64,000 bases of DNA, taken from the NCBI GenBank assembly GCA_041740355.1, contig JBGSMD010000030.1, forward strand, positions 120,994-184,993, written 5' to 3'. This document shows positions 40,501 to 49,994 of this stretch, one piece after another. The notes under the pieces are model-generated. The model was not told the DNA's origin. It saw only the letters and a list, made by a program, of their open reading frames with translations, and ran no database searches. Each line of letters begins with the position of its first letter. Within the stretch, counting starts at the first letter, position 1. This DNA comes from Bdellovibrionota bacterium. GTDB lineage: Bacteria > Bdellovibrionota_C > UBA2361 > CALJRW01. A program made the translations under genes and the position numbers.

Positions 40501-41314
40501 CTAAACTTCTGTTATTTGCTGTGTATACTAAATTAGTCGGAGCGGGTAGTTCTAAATTAACACTGAAATCATCACTGAATTTCTGACAGAGACTGTCATA
40601 TAAGGCACTAATTGTAACACCGTTTTCTAAATATAATCTTGCATACTCTTGTACAATTTTAACGTTTATAATTTCACGATTTACTGCTTGTAAGGCAGTT
40701 TTATTTCTCTTCTGGTTTAATCTTAATTGTTTTTGAGTTTTTTCTAGATTACGTAGTTTCTTTTGTATTTTTTTTTCTATTTTATTAATTTTTAAATAAT
40801 TTATATAAATATTAATTGATTCAGCTATAGAATGAGAATTAATTTTTGGGTCTGAGCTACAAGTAATAACCTGATCTCCTAATAACAGTCTATTTTTCGA
40901 TTTCTGCTCAGAGTTTGAGATAGAACCACCTACAACAAGTGGGGGGAAACAAGATTTATACTTTACTGTAGAACTCTCTTGATTGAAAATCTTAGCAAGT
41001 AAACTTAAAAAACTATCTTTTTTATAATGATTTACAATTTTACTTTCTAGGAGTTTGATTCCATTTAATACTTTCTTTGCTGTTTTACTATTCTCACTAG
41101 CTTCTAATAATAAGTCATCAGAGCAAACTTCCATTTTAAGGGCAGTGGCAATAGCTTGATCTGGCAAACGAAGTGCTGGCAATGCAACTTGCTCTTCCTT
41201 ACTGTAATCTTCAATCTGGTTAAATATTGAGAAGGGAGTACCAATATTTAGTATTAAAAATACTACAGCTATTATCGCAAAAGGCAGAATTAGTTTGCGT
41301 GGATTAGAGAACAT
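37583..41314 (-). CDS. Large exported multidomain protein: basic helical N-region, FN3-like domain, Pro/Thr linkers, duplicated beta-sandwich, Cys-rich module, unknown C-terminal domain
   Basis: N-terminal TM/signal; LPAPTNL..LAW FN3; PTPT linkers; two copies of W.NK.F..QT..F...IDAV.G.SNG.AS.YDSL.PIIR...G.I.ARNG; GGHHMGRKLP. Confidence 0.82.
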   Translation of the reverse strand: MFSNPRKLILPFAIIAVVFLILNIGTPFSIFNQIEDYSKEEQVALPALRLPDQAIATALKMEVCSDDLLLEASENSKTAKKVLNGIKLLESKIVNHYKKDSFLSLLAKIFNQESSTVKYKSCFPPLVVGGSISNSEQKSKNRLLLGDQVITCSSDPKINSHSIAESINIYINYLKINKIEKKIQKKLRNLEKTQKQLRLNQKRNKTALQAVNREIINVKIVQEYARLYLENGVTISALYDSLCQKFSDDFSVNLELPAPTNLVYTANNRSLAWQGLADYFLIYTSQDGSNYLLQGKTTSNSHELSELIDGSEYYLKVLAVKTINNQNGKIHLTSKDSEVLKIDFYLAAPILEPTPVSSVVPIPTVSPTPTNSPTTTPTPTVSPTPIVSPTPSAVNPNEIVSSSRWHNKGFARQTSNFRISFKISALENNIDAVTGLSNGLASEYDSLGPIIRLNTTGQIEARNGYTYSAEESLNYVLGKVYLITLDVDLVSRKYSATAKNDLNQTYQIATNYAFRSSQFSVTELNNLGIFAYSGSLKVFDITSPVALITPTPSSSPTATPILPPSTPTPSTPTPNPSPTATPILPPGTPTPTSPSPSPSPTATPILPTGTATPSPPPVPGEIISSSNWQNKSFSNQTGSFRLTAKVTPLANNIDSVLGFSNGVASNYDSLAPIIRFANTGFIDARNGDTYSSLTSVPYSNNITYVISIDIHLSLKKYSASVKIGSGNPVLIADNFSFRTSQSQVALLNNLGVFSQSGSYKIFEISAPTVIIIPPQNGTCGSSINYCNSGTFRDLADNSTQYLWECLGESGGTNASCTSEKGSLGVVKDCSSISQYGITWYFDGMYKCGKFINGDNWVKGPITLNKVTVTAVTFSNGVYSYKVQDSDVWNGTTLNPRVANEGPNAVRPQGFGSYSGYVRYDSNLNIADKLSKLIPAGTTIATISTNNGQAGGAADRKQLATYFNEFAVLTVLAEIPPADAFRPAYAGAHDRSIKYRRSNVNMGIFKNLPVTGTLPDRQKIITNIKRPLLDFVISPSANPNTSFKANNLEMKSNGLIRTYGREISIGSIQAASYLNYNVGAENKEEVAIHLIQWGIDVAGLANDGMVWGANGGHHMGRKLPLIIAAEALNNADMKRQANFTQNNIFHEDQQHFIVTKEDVACSKIKGPTFNPPRTPYSDSHIGMPEWKSGWTACDASPSWTYSGYRSVNGDVNKSLISVLNTMGITHYWNNVLFRYITERYVNGG

Positions 41315-41533
41315 AGGTTTTTTATATATATAATGATAATAAGACTTTCGGCTAGAAAAAAGTTTTTATTTAGTAGTATTTTAAGCAAGAAGTAAAATTG
41401 GGAATTCTGTAATGAATTAGATAACTGCTTGATTTAACTTACAATGTCATTTTGGTGTCTTTTAACTTTTAACTAAAGTTTTAATAGTTAAATGTCGAAA
41501 ATAAAGTTACCAAATATATTTTATCCACACACT

Positions 41534-42001
41534 ATGAAGCAATCAGTTTATATCGAAAATGGATTCACACTTGTTGAATTACTAGTCACTGTTGCGGTCA
41601 TCGGTATCTTAGCCTCAATCAGTGTGGCAAACTATGGTGAGTATAAATTATCTGCTTATCGTGCAGAAACACAAGTCGTAGCTAGTAGTATACCTACAGG
41701 GTATCAAGCATTTTTGATAGATCAGGGGGGGCGAAACTTTAATGTAAATTTCTATACTAGAGAAATGTTGAATGCTAACATACCAGGTCTTGCTATCCCG
41801 GCACACATGGGAGGATATATTCAGTCACAGCAAAACTCAGCCCAAAAATATATTAGTTCCGGAGTATGTCATAAAAAATATCCTATTGGTGCTAACCAAG
41901 TTTTAACATGGCGTTGGCGTGAAGATTACCTTAACCCAGCAATAAATCGCAGGGGTCTTGTCTCACCAATGTTGGCTACCGAATGTAATGGTAATTGGTA
42001 A
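41534..42001 (+). CDS. Orphan type IV pilin-like protein
   Basis: Class III signal G|FTLVELLVTVAVIGILASI; two C-terminal Cys. ATG 41534 preferred to 41492. Confidence 0.88.
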   Translation: MKQSVYIENGFTLVELLVTVAVIGILASISVANYGEYKLSAYRAETQVVASSIPTGYQAFLIDQGGRNFNVNFYTREMLNANIPGLAIPAHMGGYIQSQQNSAQKYISSGVCHKKYPIGANQVLTWRWREDYLNPAINRRGLVSPMLATECNGNW

Positions 42002-42335
42002 GTAGATTGTTCTTCTGAAAATTATTCAATCGTATCTATAAATATTTAATTTTTTTTAATTGATAATAAAAATCAAACTTTTGCTAAATATACTTTTTCA
42101 ACTATTTCTTAACTGCAGACCGATTGGATTCAGAAAAAAGTAACTTTTTAAGATAACATGATTCGAAGTAGATTTAATGTATTTTAGTAGATATGATCTA
42201 AATCATATTGATTTCCCAAATTTTTTTGTATCTTGATTATATAATTTAGATACTAGCAGAACATTTACTAATCATTTTCATTTTAAGTAAAGGGAACTTG
42301 TTTCTTAAGCTATTGATAACTTTAAAATTTTTTCT

Positions 42336-42509
42336 ATGAATAACAAATTACTTAAATCCATTTTTCTAATCTTGATCGTTTTAATCTTATCCGGATGTTC
42401 TATATTTAGAGCTACTGGTAGGTCAGTAACTGCTGTGGGCGAAGGTGCTGGTCATGCCGTTTCTGGAACTGGTCGGGCAATCAGCAATGCTGCTAACGAA
42501 GGTTTATAA
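42336..42509 (+). CDS. 57-aa lipoprotein, entericidin-like
   Basis: Below the ORF-track cutoff; hand translation MNNKLLKSIFLILIVLILSG|CSIFRATGRSVTAVGEGAGHAVSGTGRAISNAANEGL with LSGC lipobox; GC-richer than its flanks. Confidence 0.8.
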   Translation: MNNKLLKSIFLILIVLILSGCSIFRATGRSVTAVGEGAGHAVSGTGRAISNAANEGL

Positions 42510-42533
42510 ATTTTTAAGTAATTTAAAAAACTT

Positions 42534-42567
42534 TAACGAGCAAATGCTAGAAAGTACTTGCTCGTTA
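42534..42567. terminator. Hairpin between convergent genes
   Basis: TAACGAGCAA...TTGCTCGTTA 10-bp inverted repeat. Confidence 0.5.
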
Positions 42568-42580
42568 TTATAAGTTATAA

Positions 42581-45500
42581 TTACTGAAATAACTGATCCA
42601 AATCATCTTTTGTTAAGCTCAAGTTGCTTAAGCCATTCTCATTAATCAGGGAGTCAATAATATCTGATTTCTTTGACTTCAAATTCATGATTTTTTGTTC
42701 AATAGAATCTTCGGTAACTAGGCGATACACGTTAACCGGTTTTACCTGTCCAATACGGTGAGCCCGGTCAATTGCCTGGTTTTCAACTGCTGGGTTCCAC
42801 CATGGATCATAGATGATTACCGTGTCTGCCCCGGTTAAGTTAAGTCCTGTTCCCCCAGCTTTTAAACTAATTAAGAATAATTTAATTCTTTCATCAGTAT
42901 TGAAACTGTCTACTAAATCTTGACGATTTTTAGTGCTACCATCTAAGTAAAGATAATTTACTTTTTCAGTTTCTAACCATCGTTTAATAATCGCGAGCAT
43001 TTCTCGGAACTGACTAAACAACAAGATTTTTCTTCCGGCAGCAAGTGATTCCAGAACAAGATCTTTTAATAACTCAAATTTACCAGAATCAAAGTTAGGT
43101 AAGTCTTTTAAGCCATCAATTGAATTTGGGTGATTACAAACCTGACGTAATCTGAGGAGTGCAGCTAAGATTGAAATACTTGCTCCACGAACCCCCTTAG
43201 CTTCAACTGCATCCATAATCTGAGGTCGGACTTCTGATAAGATTTGTGCATAAAGTCCTTTTTGAGAATCAGTCATTGCAACGTGCATTTCTGATTCAGT
43301 TTTTGGTGGCAACTGCTTCTCTACATCTGATTTCAAACGTCGGAGTAAGAAAGGCTTAGTCTTGTTCTTTAAGAATCGTGTCGATTCAATTCCATTAATA
43401 TTTTCAAGGATTGGTTTCTCAATTTGATTTTTAAAGAATTCTAAGGATCCTAAATATCCTGGCATCAAGAAATCAAAAATTGACCAAAGCTCCAATGGAC
43501 GGTTCTCAGTTGGAGTACCACTTAGTGCTAAACGCGATTCCGATTTTAAAGCTTTAGCAGCCTTACACGTGGCTGTTAAGGGGTTCTTAATGTTCTGTGC
43601 CTCATCTAAAATGATATATAAGAAAGCATGTTTTTCTAATTCTGTGCGATCAATACGAAGCAGGGCATAGGAAGTAATGATGATGTCGTAATCAGGAATG
43701 CTTGCAAAATCTTTCTTGCGATTAGCGCCTTGCAGCACTAATGTTTTTAAGTTTGGCGTAAAGCGCATGGCTTCATAGTGCCAGTTAGTTGTAACCGAAG
43801 TTGGTGCGATAACTAGTACTGGTTTACTAACAAGTTTAGCTTTAGCTTTAGCTATTTTTAGAGATTGAACTAAAGCTAGCGTTTGTACGGTTTTACCTAG
43901 TCCCATTTCATCAGCTAAAATTCCATTGAAGCCATATTCATGGAGGAAGTTAAGCCAAGAAAGGCCTTCTTTTTGATACTTTCTTAGTTGTCCTTTAAAT
44001 AATGCTGGGGGATTAATTGATTTGATGTTTTCAAAATTAGCTAATTTTTCTCCAAGCTCAATTAAAGATTTTTCAGCTTTAATTTTTACGTTAGAACTTT
44101 CGCCACTCTGCAAAGTAATTGCTTGAGCCACCGAGATTTTAGTTTCAATTTTACTAGAATGCTTGTAGTTTGCGGAAACAAAACCAAGTGTTGTTTTTAA
44201 ACGTTTTAGGCCACCACCTGGAATTTCTGCCCAGGCACCGTTATCTAACTGAATCCATCGATCAAAGCCTTTATTGTTACTTTGGAAAATTTTAGTTAAT
44301 GGAACAGTGGCAGAGTTTTGGCTTAAGGTGATATTACATTCAAACCAGTCAATCGAACCTTTGCTTTCTTGTTCTGCGGATTTTTTAATATCCATATTCA
44401 AAGTAAGTTTTGAAAAACGAATACTTTCTTTAATATCTTTAAGTCCTTCTACACCCCATTCGGCAATTTCTTCGGGAGTTTCTTTGTTAAGTAAATCCAG
44501 AGCGTAATCGCCACCAATATTAAAATACTCTAAGCCGATCTGTGGCTCAAATCCCAACCGGCAAAGTTTTTCACTACATTCCTCTTCAAAAGCACGGTCA
44601 GGAATATAAACAACTTTTTTGTTCTGAGGTGATGGTGGATATTCAAAATTTAAATATGCTCTTAGGTTAATCTGATCTAAATTTACGCCACGATCAAATA
44701 TCTCTGAGTTGGCAGCTTCTATTTGAAGTCTAATCGTTGGTCTTTTAATTTCTGCCTTAGGCTGTTTGGCTGGGTTAATAACATTCAGTAAATTTTTGGG
44801 AATTAAATCTTTTTCAAGTAGTTCTAAGATTGCGCCTGCTTGTTGATAGCTAAAACTTAGTTGATTGCCAAAAGGGTAAAGCTTTATTAGTTCATTAGCA
44901 GAAGGGGATAACTTAAAAACTTGATTATCAACCAAAGTCCAGAAATCTTCATTTCCAATAATTTCAGTTTCTTTTAATAGTTGAGTTCCATCTGGCATGA
45001 CCCAGGATGCTTCCAGTTCTACAGTAGATTCTTGCCAACTTATCTTCACAAGTAAATCAAGTAAGTCATGATTGAAACTAACTTTTTGATCAGATTCTAC
45101 AAGGGAGATATGGGGATATTCTTCTAATAATCCCAAAATGATTTTAATTTGATGACTAGTATTTAAGTACCAAGCCATTCCCTGATCATCCCATTCACAA
45201 TGATCTTCAATCAGCTGCAAGAGTACTTGATCTAATTGTCGACTGGAAAGATTTTCCTCGGAGTTTAATTCACTAGGAGTAATTAATACTTGGCCGAAAT
45301 ATAATTTAATTCCTAAGCTCTGATTGGAAGTAGTCAGGGCAATTTTCACTTCAGGATAAATTTCTTTAGAAATACAATGATATCCAAGGTGTCTTGCTGT
45401 TTCCAAAGATTTAACAATATCTTCTGGGCTGGCATTAATTTTAAAAGAATCAGTTTGGCTAGATTCTTTGGAACCACCAGTCCCGGAATAAATATTTTGT

Positions 45501-45796
45501 TGAAAACAATGAAAAGTAATGGCAACTAAATGAGAACACCACTGATCAGCAAGATCCGCTTCAGTGCAACAAGAACATTTAGGATTAATAAATTGATCGT
45601 TTTTAATTTCGAAACTTGCAGTAAAAGTTTCTTCGTCTTCTAGTACTTGTCCACTGACTAGATTCCCCACAGCTTCACATTCGGTAACTTGTCCGAAAGC
45701 AGCATATTCAAATCCGCGATCAACTACAGAATAAGGGGCAAAAGGTTTTAGGGAGGAACGTAATTCTGACTCAGAAGTGGCACTAGCTAAGGACAT
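42581..45796 (-). CDS. SWIM zinc-finger SNF2-family helicase/ATPase
   Basis: CSC...WCSH (SWIM), GILADEMGLGKT, LDEAQNIKN, LSGTPTEN, ISLKAGGTGLNL, DPWWNPAVENQAIDRAHRIGQ. Confidence 0.95.
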   Translation of the reverse strand: MSLASATSESELRSSLKPFAPYSVVDRGFEYAAFGQVTECEAVGNLVSGQVLEDEETFTASFEIKNDQFINPKCSCCTEADLADQWCSHLVAITFHCFQQNIYSGTGGSKESSQTDSFKINASPEDIVKSLETARHLGYHCISKEIYPEVKIALTTSNQSLGIKLYFGQVLITPSELNSEENLSSRQLDQVLLQLIEDHCEWDDQGMAWYLNTSHQIKIILGLLEEYPHISLVESDQKVSFNHDLLDLLVKISWQESTVELEASWVMPDGTQLLKETEIIGNEDFWTLVDNQVFKLSPSANELIKLYPFGNQLSFSYQQAGAILELLEKDLIPKNLLNVINPAKQPKAEIKRPTIRLQIEAANSEIFDRGVNLDQINLRAYLNFEYPPSPQNKKVVYIPDRAFEEECSEKLCRLGFEPQIGLEYFNIGGDYALDLLNKETPEEIAEWGVEGLKDIKESIRFSKLTLNMDIKKSAEQESKGSIDWFECNITLSQNSATVPLTKIFQSNNKGFDRWIQLDNGAWAEIPGGGLKRLKTTLGFVSANYKHSSKIETKISVAQAITLQSGESSNVKIKAEKSLIELGEKLANFENIKSINPPALFKGQLRKYQKEGLSWLNFLHEYGFNGILADEMGLGKTVQTLALVQSLKIAKAKAKLVSKPVLVIAPTSVTTNWHYEAMRFTPNLKTLVLQGANRKKDFASIPDYDIIITSYALLRIDRTELEKHAFLYIILDEAQNIKNPLTATCKAAKALKSESRLALSGTPTENRPLELWSIFDFLMPGYLGSLEFFKNQIEKPILENINGIESTRFLKNKTKPFLLRRLKSDVEKQLPPKTESEMHVAMTDSQKGLYAQILSEVRPQIMDAVEAKGVRGASISILAALLRLRQVCNHPNSIDGLKDLPNFDSGKFELLKDLVLESLAAGRKILLFSQFREMLAIIKRWLETEKVNYLYLDGSTKNRQDLVDSFNTDERIKLFLISLKAGGTGLNLTGADTVIIYDPWWNPAVENQAIDRAHRIGQVKPVNVYRLVTEDSIEQKIMNLKSKKSDIIDSLINENGLSNLSLTKDDLDQLFQ

Positions 45797-45882
45797 TGAT
45801 TATTATAATAATAAAGAAAGTATGTTAGGATTTTTAATGCTTGTTGTAAAGCTGTGAGCCTTATTCATTTCCTGAAATTCAG

Positions 45883-46296
45883 TTATTGCTGATAAGCCAC
45901 AATCTTCCAAGTATAATTCTTGGTTTTAGGTAATGAACTGTTAAACTTGAACCACATAGGTCCTTCTTCCTCTAAGAGTGATCTAGAGCCAATATTTTTG
46001 GATTGCAACAGTCTAGACTTTTTATAGAAGTTTAATCTTAAGTTGTAATCACCTTCCCCCTCAACTAATCCTGTCCAATATCCACGCTTTTCAGGAAGTG
46101 GCAGATATTTGATTTGTGTTACCTTGACATTAGATGCTAAGGACATTGGTTTGATAATCTTTGGTTCAGCATACTTATGGTAATAGGAAGCAGTAGGGTA
46201 TTGATGCTTATTCGCATAGGGCGATTTAGAACCAACTTGAAACGGGGTGCAACTGAGAGCAAATAGGGGGAGCAGGCAGAAAAAATATTTTGACAT
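45883..46296 (-). CDS. Hypothetical basic lipoprotein
   Basis: MSKYFFCLLPLFALS|C lipobox-like signal. Confidence 0.7.
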   Translation of the reverse strand: MSKYFFCLLPLFALSCTPFQVGSKSPYANKHQYPTASYYHKYAEPKIIKPMSLASNVKVTQIKYLPLPEKRGYWTGLVEGEGDYNLRLNFYKKSRLLQSKNIGSRSLLEEEGPMWFKFNSSLPKTKNYTWKIVAYQQ

Positions 46297-46621
46297 ATGT
46301 TAAAACTAATGAATTTTGATGATTTTAGCAATGTAATCTGATTCACCTTAGCAATTATGGAATTAGAAATAAGTATAAAGCAGCAAAGCTACTTTTGGTA
46401 ATTCAGGGAAAATATGCTAGAAACTTTATATTAAGTGAAGCTCATTTTCTCCTAAAAAAGAGCCTCAAGTTCAGCGAGCTCAAATAATGGATAGATAATT
46501 TTTAGGCTCAGAAACTAAAGACTCATTCTCAATAATAACTTTAAATGCGATTCGCCTTTTTACAAACCGTCAGGTCAATTCTTAATGGATTTTAGTATAT
46601 CTCTAAATTACACTTAAAATC

Positions 46622-47566
46622 ATGAAATTAATCCTTGGGACAAGAGGGAGTGCTTTAGCACTGAAACAAACAGAGCAAGTCATAACGTTGCTTAAGTCTG
46701 TTGATCCGACAATTGAAACTTCGATTAAGATAATTAAGACGCTCGGAGATTCCAAGCAAGGAACTGCAGAGGCTGCAATCAGTGATAAGCAAGACTGGAT
46801 TCAAGGACTTGATACTGCCTTGGTTAGCGGCGAAATTGATCTAGCAGTACATTCTGCTAAGGATGTGCCTGTTGAAATTCACCCCGCTAGCCAGATTTTT
46901 CCTCTAGGCCTGCGTGAAGATCCTGCCGATCTTTTGATTGTTAAAAACCCACAACTAAAAGATTTAAATTCATTAGCTCTAGGAGCTGTTATCGGAACGG
47001 CCAGTTTAAGACGCCAAGCACAGATTCTAAATTATCGATCTGATTTAAAGTTAGTGGCACATCGGGGAAATATTAATACTAGAATTGAAACATTTAAAGA
47101 GAGCCCAAATCTTTCTGCGATTGTTTTAGCAAATGCGGGTTTAAGTCGAATGAATATTGATACTTCTAGATTTTATAAGATAGACCCTAAGATTATGATC
47201 CCAGCAGTGAATCAAGGCTGTGTGGTTGGCCATATCATGCTTCATCGCAATGATCTTCTAAGTTTGATGAACAAAATTATTATCCCTGACGTTCGTGTTG
47301 CTTTTGAAGCAGAAAGACAGTGCATTCATTTACTTGATGCGAATTGTCATTCTGCCGTGGGAGTTTATGCGCAAGTTTCAGGTCAAGAGATTACAGTTAC
47401 CTGCCGAATTTTAATGCCAGATGGTAGTGAAAAAATTGAGGCTTCCTGTGTAGGTAAGACGCAGGATTATTTGAATATCAGTGAAAAAATCGCCGAAGAT
47501 TTAGTCTTAAAGGGAGCAAGTCGAATTATTGCTGAAAGTAATAAACTTAGAGCTGGGTGGAAATAG
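46622..47566 (+). CDS. hemC: Hydroxymethylbilane synthase (porphobilinogen deaminase)
   Basis: GTRGSALAL, DLAVHSAKDVP, REDPAD, GTASLRR, RGNINTR, cofactor Cys in LDANCHSAVG. Confidence 0.93.
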   Translation: MKLILGTRGSALALKQTEQVITLLKSVDPTIETSIKIIKTLGDSKQGTAEAAISDKQDWIQGLDTALVSGEIDLAVHSAKDVPVEIHPASQIFPLGLREDPADLLIVKNPQLKDLNSLALGAVIGTASLRRQAQILNYRSDLKLVAHRGNINTRIETFKESPNLSAIVLANAGLSRMNIDTSRFYKIDPKIMIPAVNQGCVVGHIMLHRNDLLSLMNKIIIPDVRVAFEAERQCIHLLDANCHSAVGVYAQVSGQEITVTCRILMPDGSEKIEASCVGKTQDYLNISEKIAEDLVLKGASRIIAESNKLRAGWK

Positions 47567-47610
47567 TAAAACTATCATTTAATTTACGTATAATTAGCTC
47601 GATCAGGAAA

Positions 47611-47853
47611 TATAGTTAATCCAAGAATGAATTTCCGAAAAACTTTTTTGGAATTCCTGTTGGATTTACTATATTTGTTGTATTTGGGCATTCAAACTTG
47701 GATACTTGTCCGCCATAGCTTAAGCGAAGGTGGGAATCCAAGATTTGAAAAGCCGATAAATATTGATTTTTACAAAATCAATATTTAAATGCGACAAGCC
47801 CGAACCTCAAAAAATAATTTCCTTAACAGAAATCTTTTTTTGGATTCTCTATA
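47611..47853. repeat. Palindromic repeat mosaic (B + C with REP-like hairpin + AT hairpin + degenerate B)
   Basis: TATAGTTAATCCAA...TTGGATTTACTATA (47611-73); CAAACTTGGAT[CCGCCATAGCTTAAGCGAAGGTGG]ATCCAAGATTTG; TAAATATTGATTTT/AAAATCAATATTTA. Confidence 0.82.
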
Positions 47854-47888
47854 AGCAGTTAATTTGGTACACTTGAAGAATATTTAGC

Positions 47889-47920
47889 ACAAAAAAGGGA
47901 GCATTAGCTCCCTTTTTTGT
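47889..47920. terminator. Bidirectional rho-independent terminator
   Basis: ACAAAAAAGGGAGC-ATTA-GCTCCCTTTTTTGT perfect stem with T runs on both strands, between convergent hemC and 47938. Confidence 0.88.
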
Positions 47921-47937
47921 TGTTATGCTATATTGGA

Positions 47938-49776
47938 TTATTGTACTACTGCTAATCCGCAAGATTCTTCTAGGGATGCAATGCTGTCCGCAGAGAAACG
48001 AGTTAATCCATAAGTATTAACATGTAAGTCCACATAAGAAGTTGCTGAATTATACACAGGAACAATCCCTTGATTATTTACTCCCTGAATATATTGATTA
48101 TTCACAACTTTTGTTGCTTTACGTTTAGCCTTGGCAACTTCCATACCATTAGAAACATACAACTTAATTAAATCCTTGCGAAGTTTCACCGTACGGCTTA
48201 AAGCAATATCCCGTAAGTTTTGGATTGAAGTGTTAAATGTATCTAAATCTGAATCTAATGTAGTAATATTTAAGTTACCAGCACAAGAATCGATATTAGT
48301 ACATTCAAATAAGTAAACACCATTTCCAATAATTGCATTGTAGGCCTGCCATCCATTGATGTTTTCTTGAACTGGGTCAAAATCATCAACTTTAGCTTTA
48401 CCACCAACTTTCTTACGGATATTTTTGATCCGAGTTTTTAATTGACTTGCAATCAAGTTTAACTGAGCCATGTCTTGGTCAGCTTGAGTGATTGCACCCA
48501 AATCTGCCAACTTACATTCTGGTACGATGGCAGTTACTTTTACTTTAACTCCAGTACAGTCAGTATATAAATTATTAAGTCCGTACTCCACCAAGAAGTT
48601 GGCGCCAATTGTGTAATCACCAACTTGTTCCTCAGTAGGAGTCCACTCAATTTTAATTGTTGCTGTACCATTGTTAGCACCATCATCAGAGAAGATTACT
48701 TCTTCGCCTTCCGGAACGCTTGGCTTAGCACCACTTGGTAAGCCTGTGTAATTAACTACGACTGGAGCTTTATCAGTATCAAAATAATCTTTATTAATTA
48801 CATCAAAAGATAGTGTTGTCGGTTTTCCAACTTCAACTGGGTTAGCAGTTACATTAGAATCGCCACACAAAACCTTTGATTTAGTTTCAAGTTCTGGATG
48901 AACACAAGTCGAGCAATCAGTTTTAGTGGTAGTTAAAGTGCTGATGTAATTGTTGTAGTAAGTTGTGCTAGCATTGGCAGCAGCCCAAAACCAAACTCCA
49001 ACACGACTAGCAAACTTAATACCTTCGTAAGTGTAAGACTTATTTTTAAGTAATAATGGTTCAATCTGATGAGCATTAATGCTGGAAACATCAAGTTCTA
49101 AGGTAATAATCTTAGAAGTTGCTGTTGTATCAATTGAGAAATTAACCGCATTCGGACTATCCACAGAACTCAAAATTGTTTCGCGATAGACTGGAGCAAA
49201 CTTAGCAAAAAAACTTTCTTTCACACTGGCTTTGTTAACATAAGGTCCAGATCCATCACCATAGATATAAGTATCATCATAACCATTATGAGCAATGTGT
49301 TGAGATTGATGTGTTTCGCCGTTGTTGCAATAAAGATTTAAGTGACCATTGAAAGAGAAAACGTTGACTTTTGGAATATTCTCGTCAGTGAAATCTACAT
49401 AAATATGTCCAACACTTCCTTCACAGTTAGACCGGCCAACATCTAAGTCTCCATCCGTAAGTACTAAATGAAAGAAATTAGCAGGCTTGCCTGTAGTTGT
49501 GTCAATCTCTGCTTCCACAATTAACTTCTCGCTAGCTTCATCAAAATTAAGGTTAAGGTACTTAACTTTGATTAATTCATTGCGATCTTCAATGTCTTGT
49601 TGAATTTTTGCATTTGTATTGGCACAGCCTACGCCTTCACAAATAACGTTTTCGCAATACTTCAAATCATTGAAGTCTGGAATGTGTAAATTATATTCTT
49701 CTGCGCTAAGACAATTAAGTCCAACAAAAATTGAGATTAAAAGTATTGCTAGTTGTTTCATATTTCCTCGGTACAT
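47938..49776 (-). CDS. Secreted protein: beta-rich domain + Ig/cadherin-like domain + basic Cys-bounded C-terminal domain
   Basis: Signal peptide from ATG 49761 (MKQLAILLISIFVGLNCLSA, GAGG upstream); WTPTEEQVGDY; paralogous to 49995-51767. Confidence 0.82.
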   Translation of the reverse strand: MYRGNMKQLAILLISIFVGLNCLSAEEYNLHIPDFNDLKYCENVICEGVGCANTNAKIQQDIEDRNELIKVKYLNLNFDEASEKLIVEAEIDTTTGKPANFFHLVLTDGDLDVGRSNCEGSVGHIYVDFTDENIPKVNVFSFNGHLNLYCNNGETHQSQHIAHNGYDDTYIYGDGSGPYVNKASVKESFFAKFAPVYRETILSSVDSPNAVNFSIDTTATSKIITLELDVSSINAHQIEPLLLKNKSYTYEGIKFASRVGVWFWAAANASTTYYNNYISTLTTTKTDCSTCVHPELETKSKVLCGDSNVTANPVEVGKPTTLSFDVINKDYFDTDKAPVVVNYTGLPSGAKPSVPEGEEVIFSDDGANNGTATIKIEWTPTEEQVGDYTIGANFLVEYGLNNLYTDCTGVKVKVTAIVPECKLADLGAITQADQDMAQLNLIASQLKTRIKNIRKKVGGKAKVDDFDPVQENINGWQAYNAIIGNGVYLFECTNIDSCAGNLNITTLDSDLDTFNTSIQNLRDIALSRTVKLRKDLIKLYVSNGMEVAKAKRKATKVVNNQYIQGVNNQGIVPVYNSATSYVDLHVNTYGLTRFSADSIASLEESCGLAVVQ

Positions 49777-49994
49777 ATTTTATAAATACAAAACTAATTT
49801 TGATATTTATATCCTACTCAAATTCTTAATTACTAATCCGTTTAGTTACAAGATATGCTCCTAGAAAAATTAGTATCGTGTTTAATTATGGAAGGTCTGC
49901 TCACCATGTTGCATTTAGGATATGCTTTTTTAATTTTTACTCAAGGAAATCAGAGCTTTTTTTCAATTTTTTTTTAAATATGGCGATTTTAGGC

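Noticed and set aside
41422-41434. IHF consensus matches (WATCAANNNNTTR) upstream of the pilin and of ilvB (20699-20711)
   Set aside because: Several matches are expected by chance in 64 kb of AT-rich DNA; no sigma54 promoter was found to support them.
41521-41529. Perfect DnaA box TTATCCACA in an AT-rich region (another at 27847-27855)
   Set aside because: Isolated single boxes, one inside a CDS; no cluster and no dnaA/gidA context, so not called oriC.
46400-46600. Possible structured RNA (c-di-GMP-I-like GAGCCTAAA on the minus strand) between the lipoprotein and hemC
   Set aside because: The GGCAAAC/GAAA/GACGCAAA core and the paired P2 strand are missing; only a weak hairpin is present.
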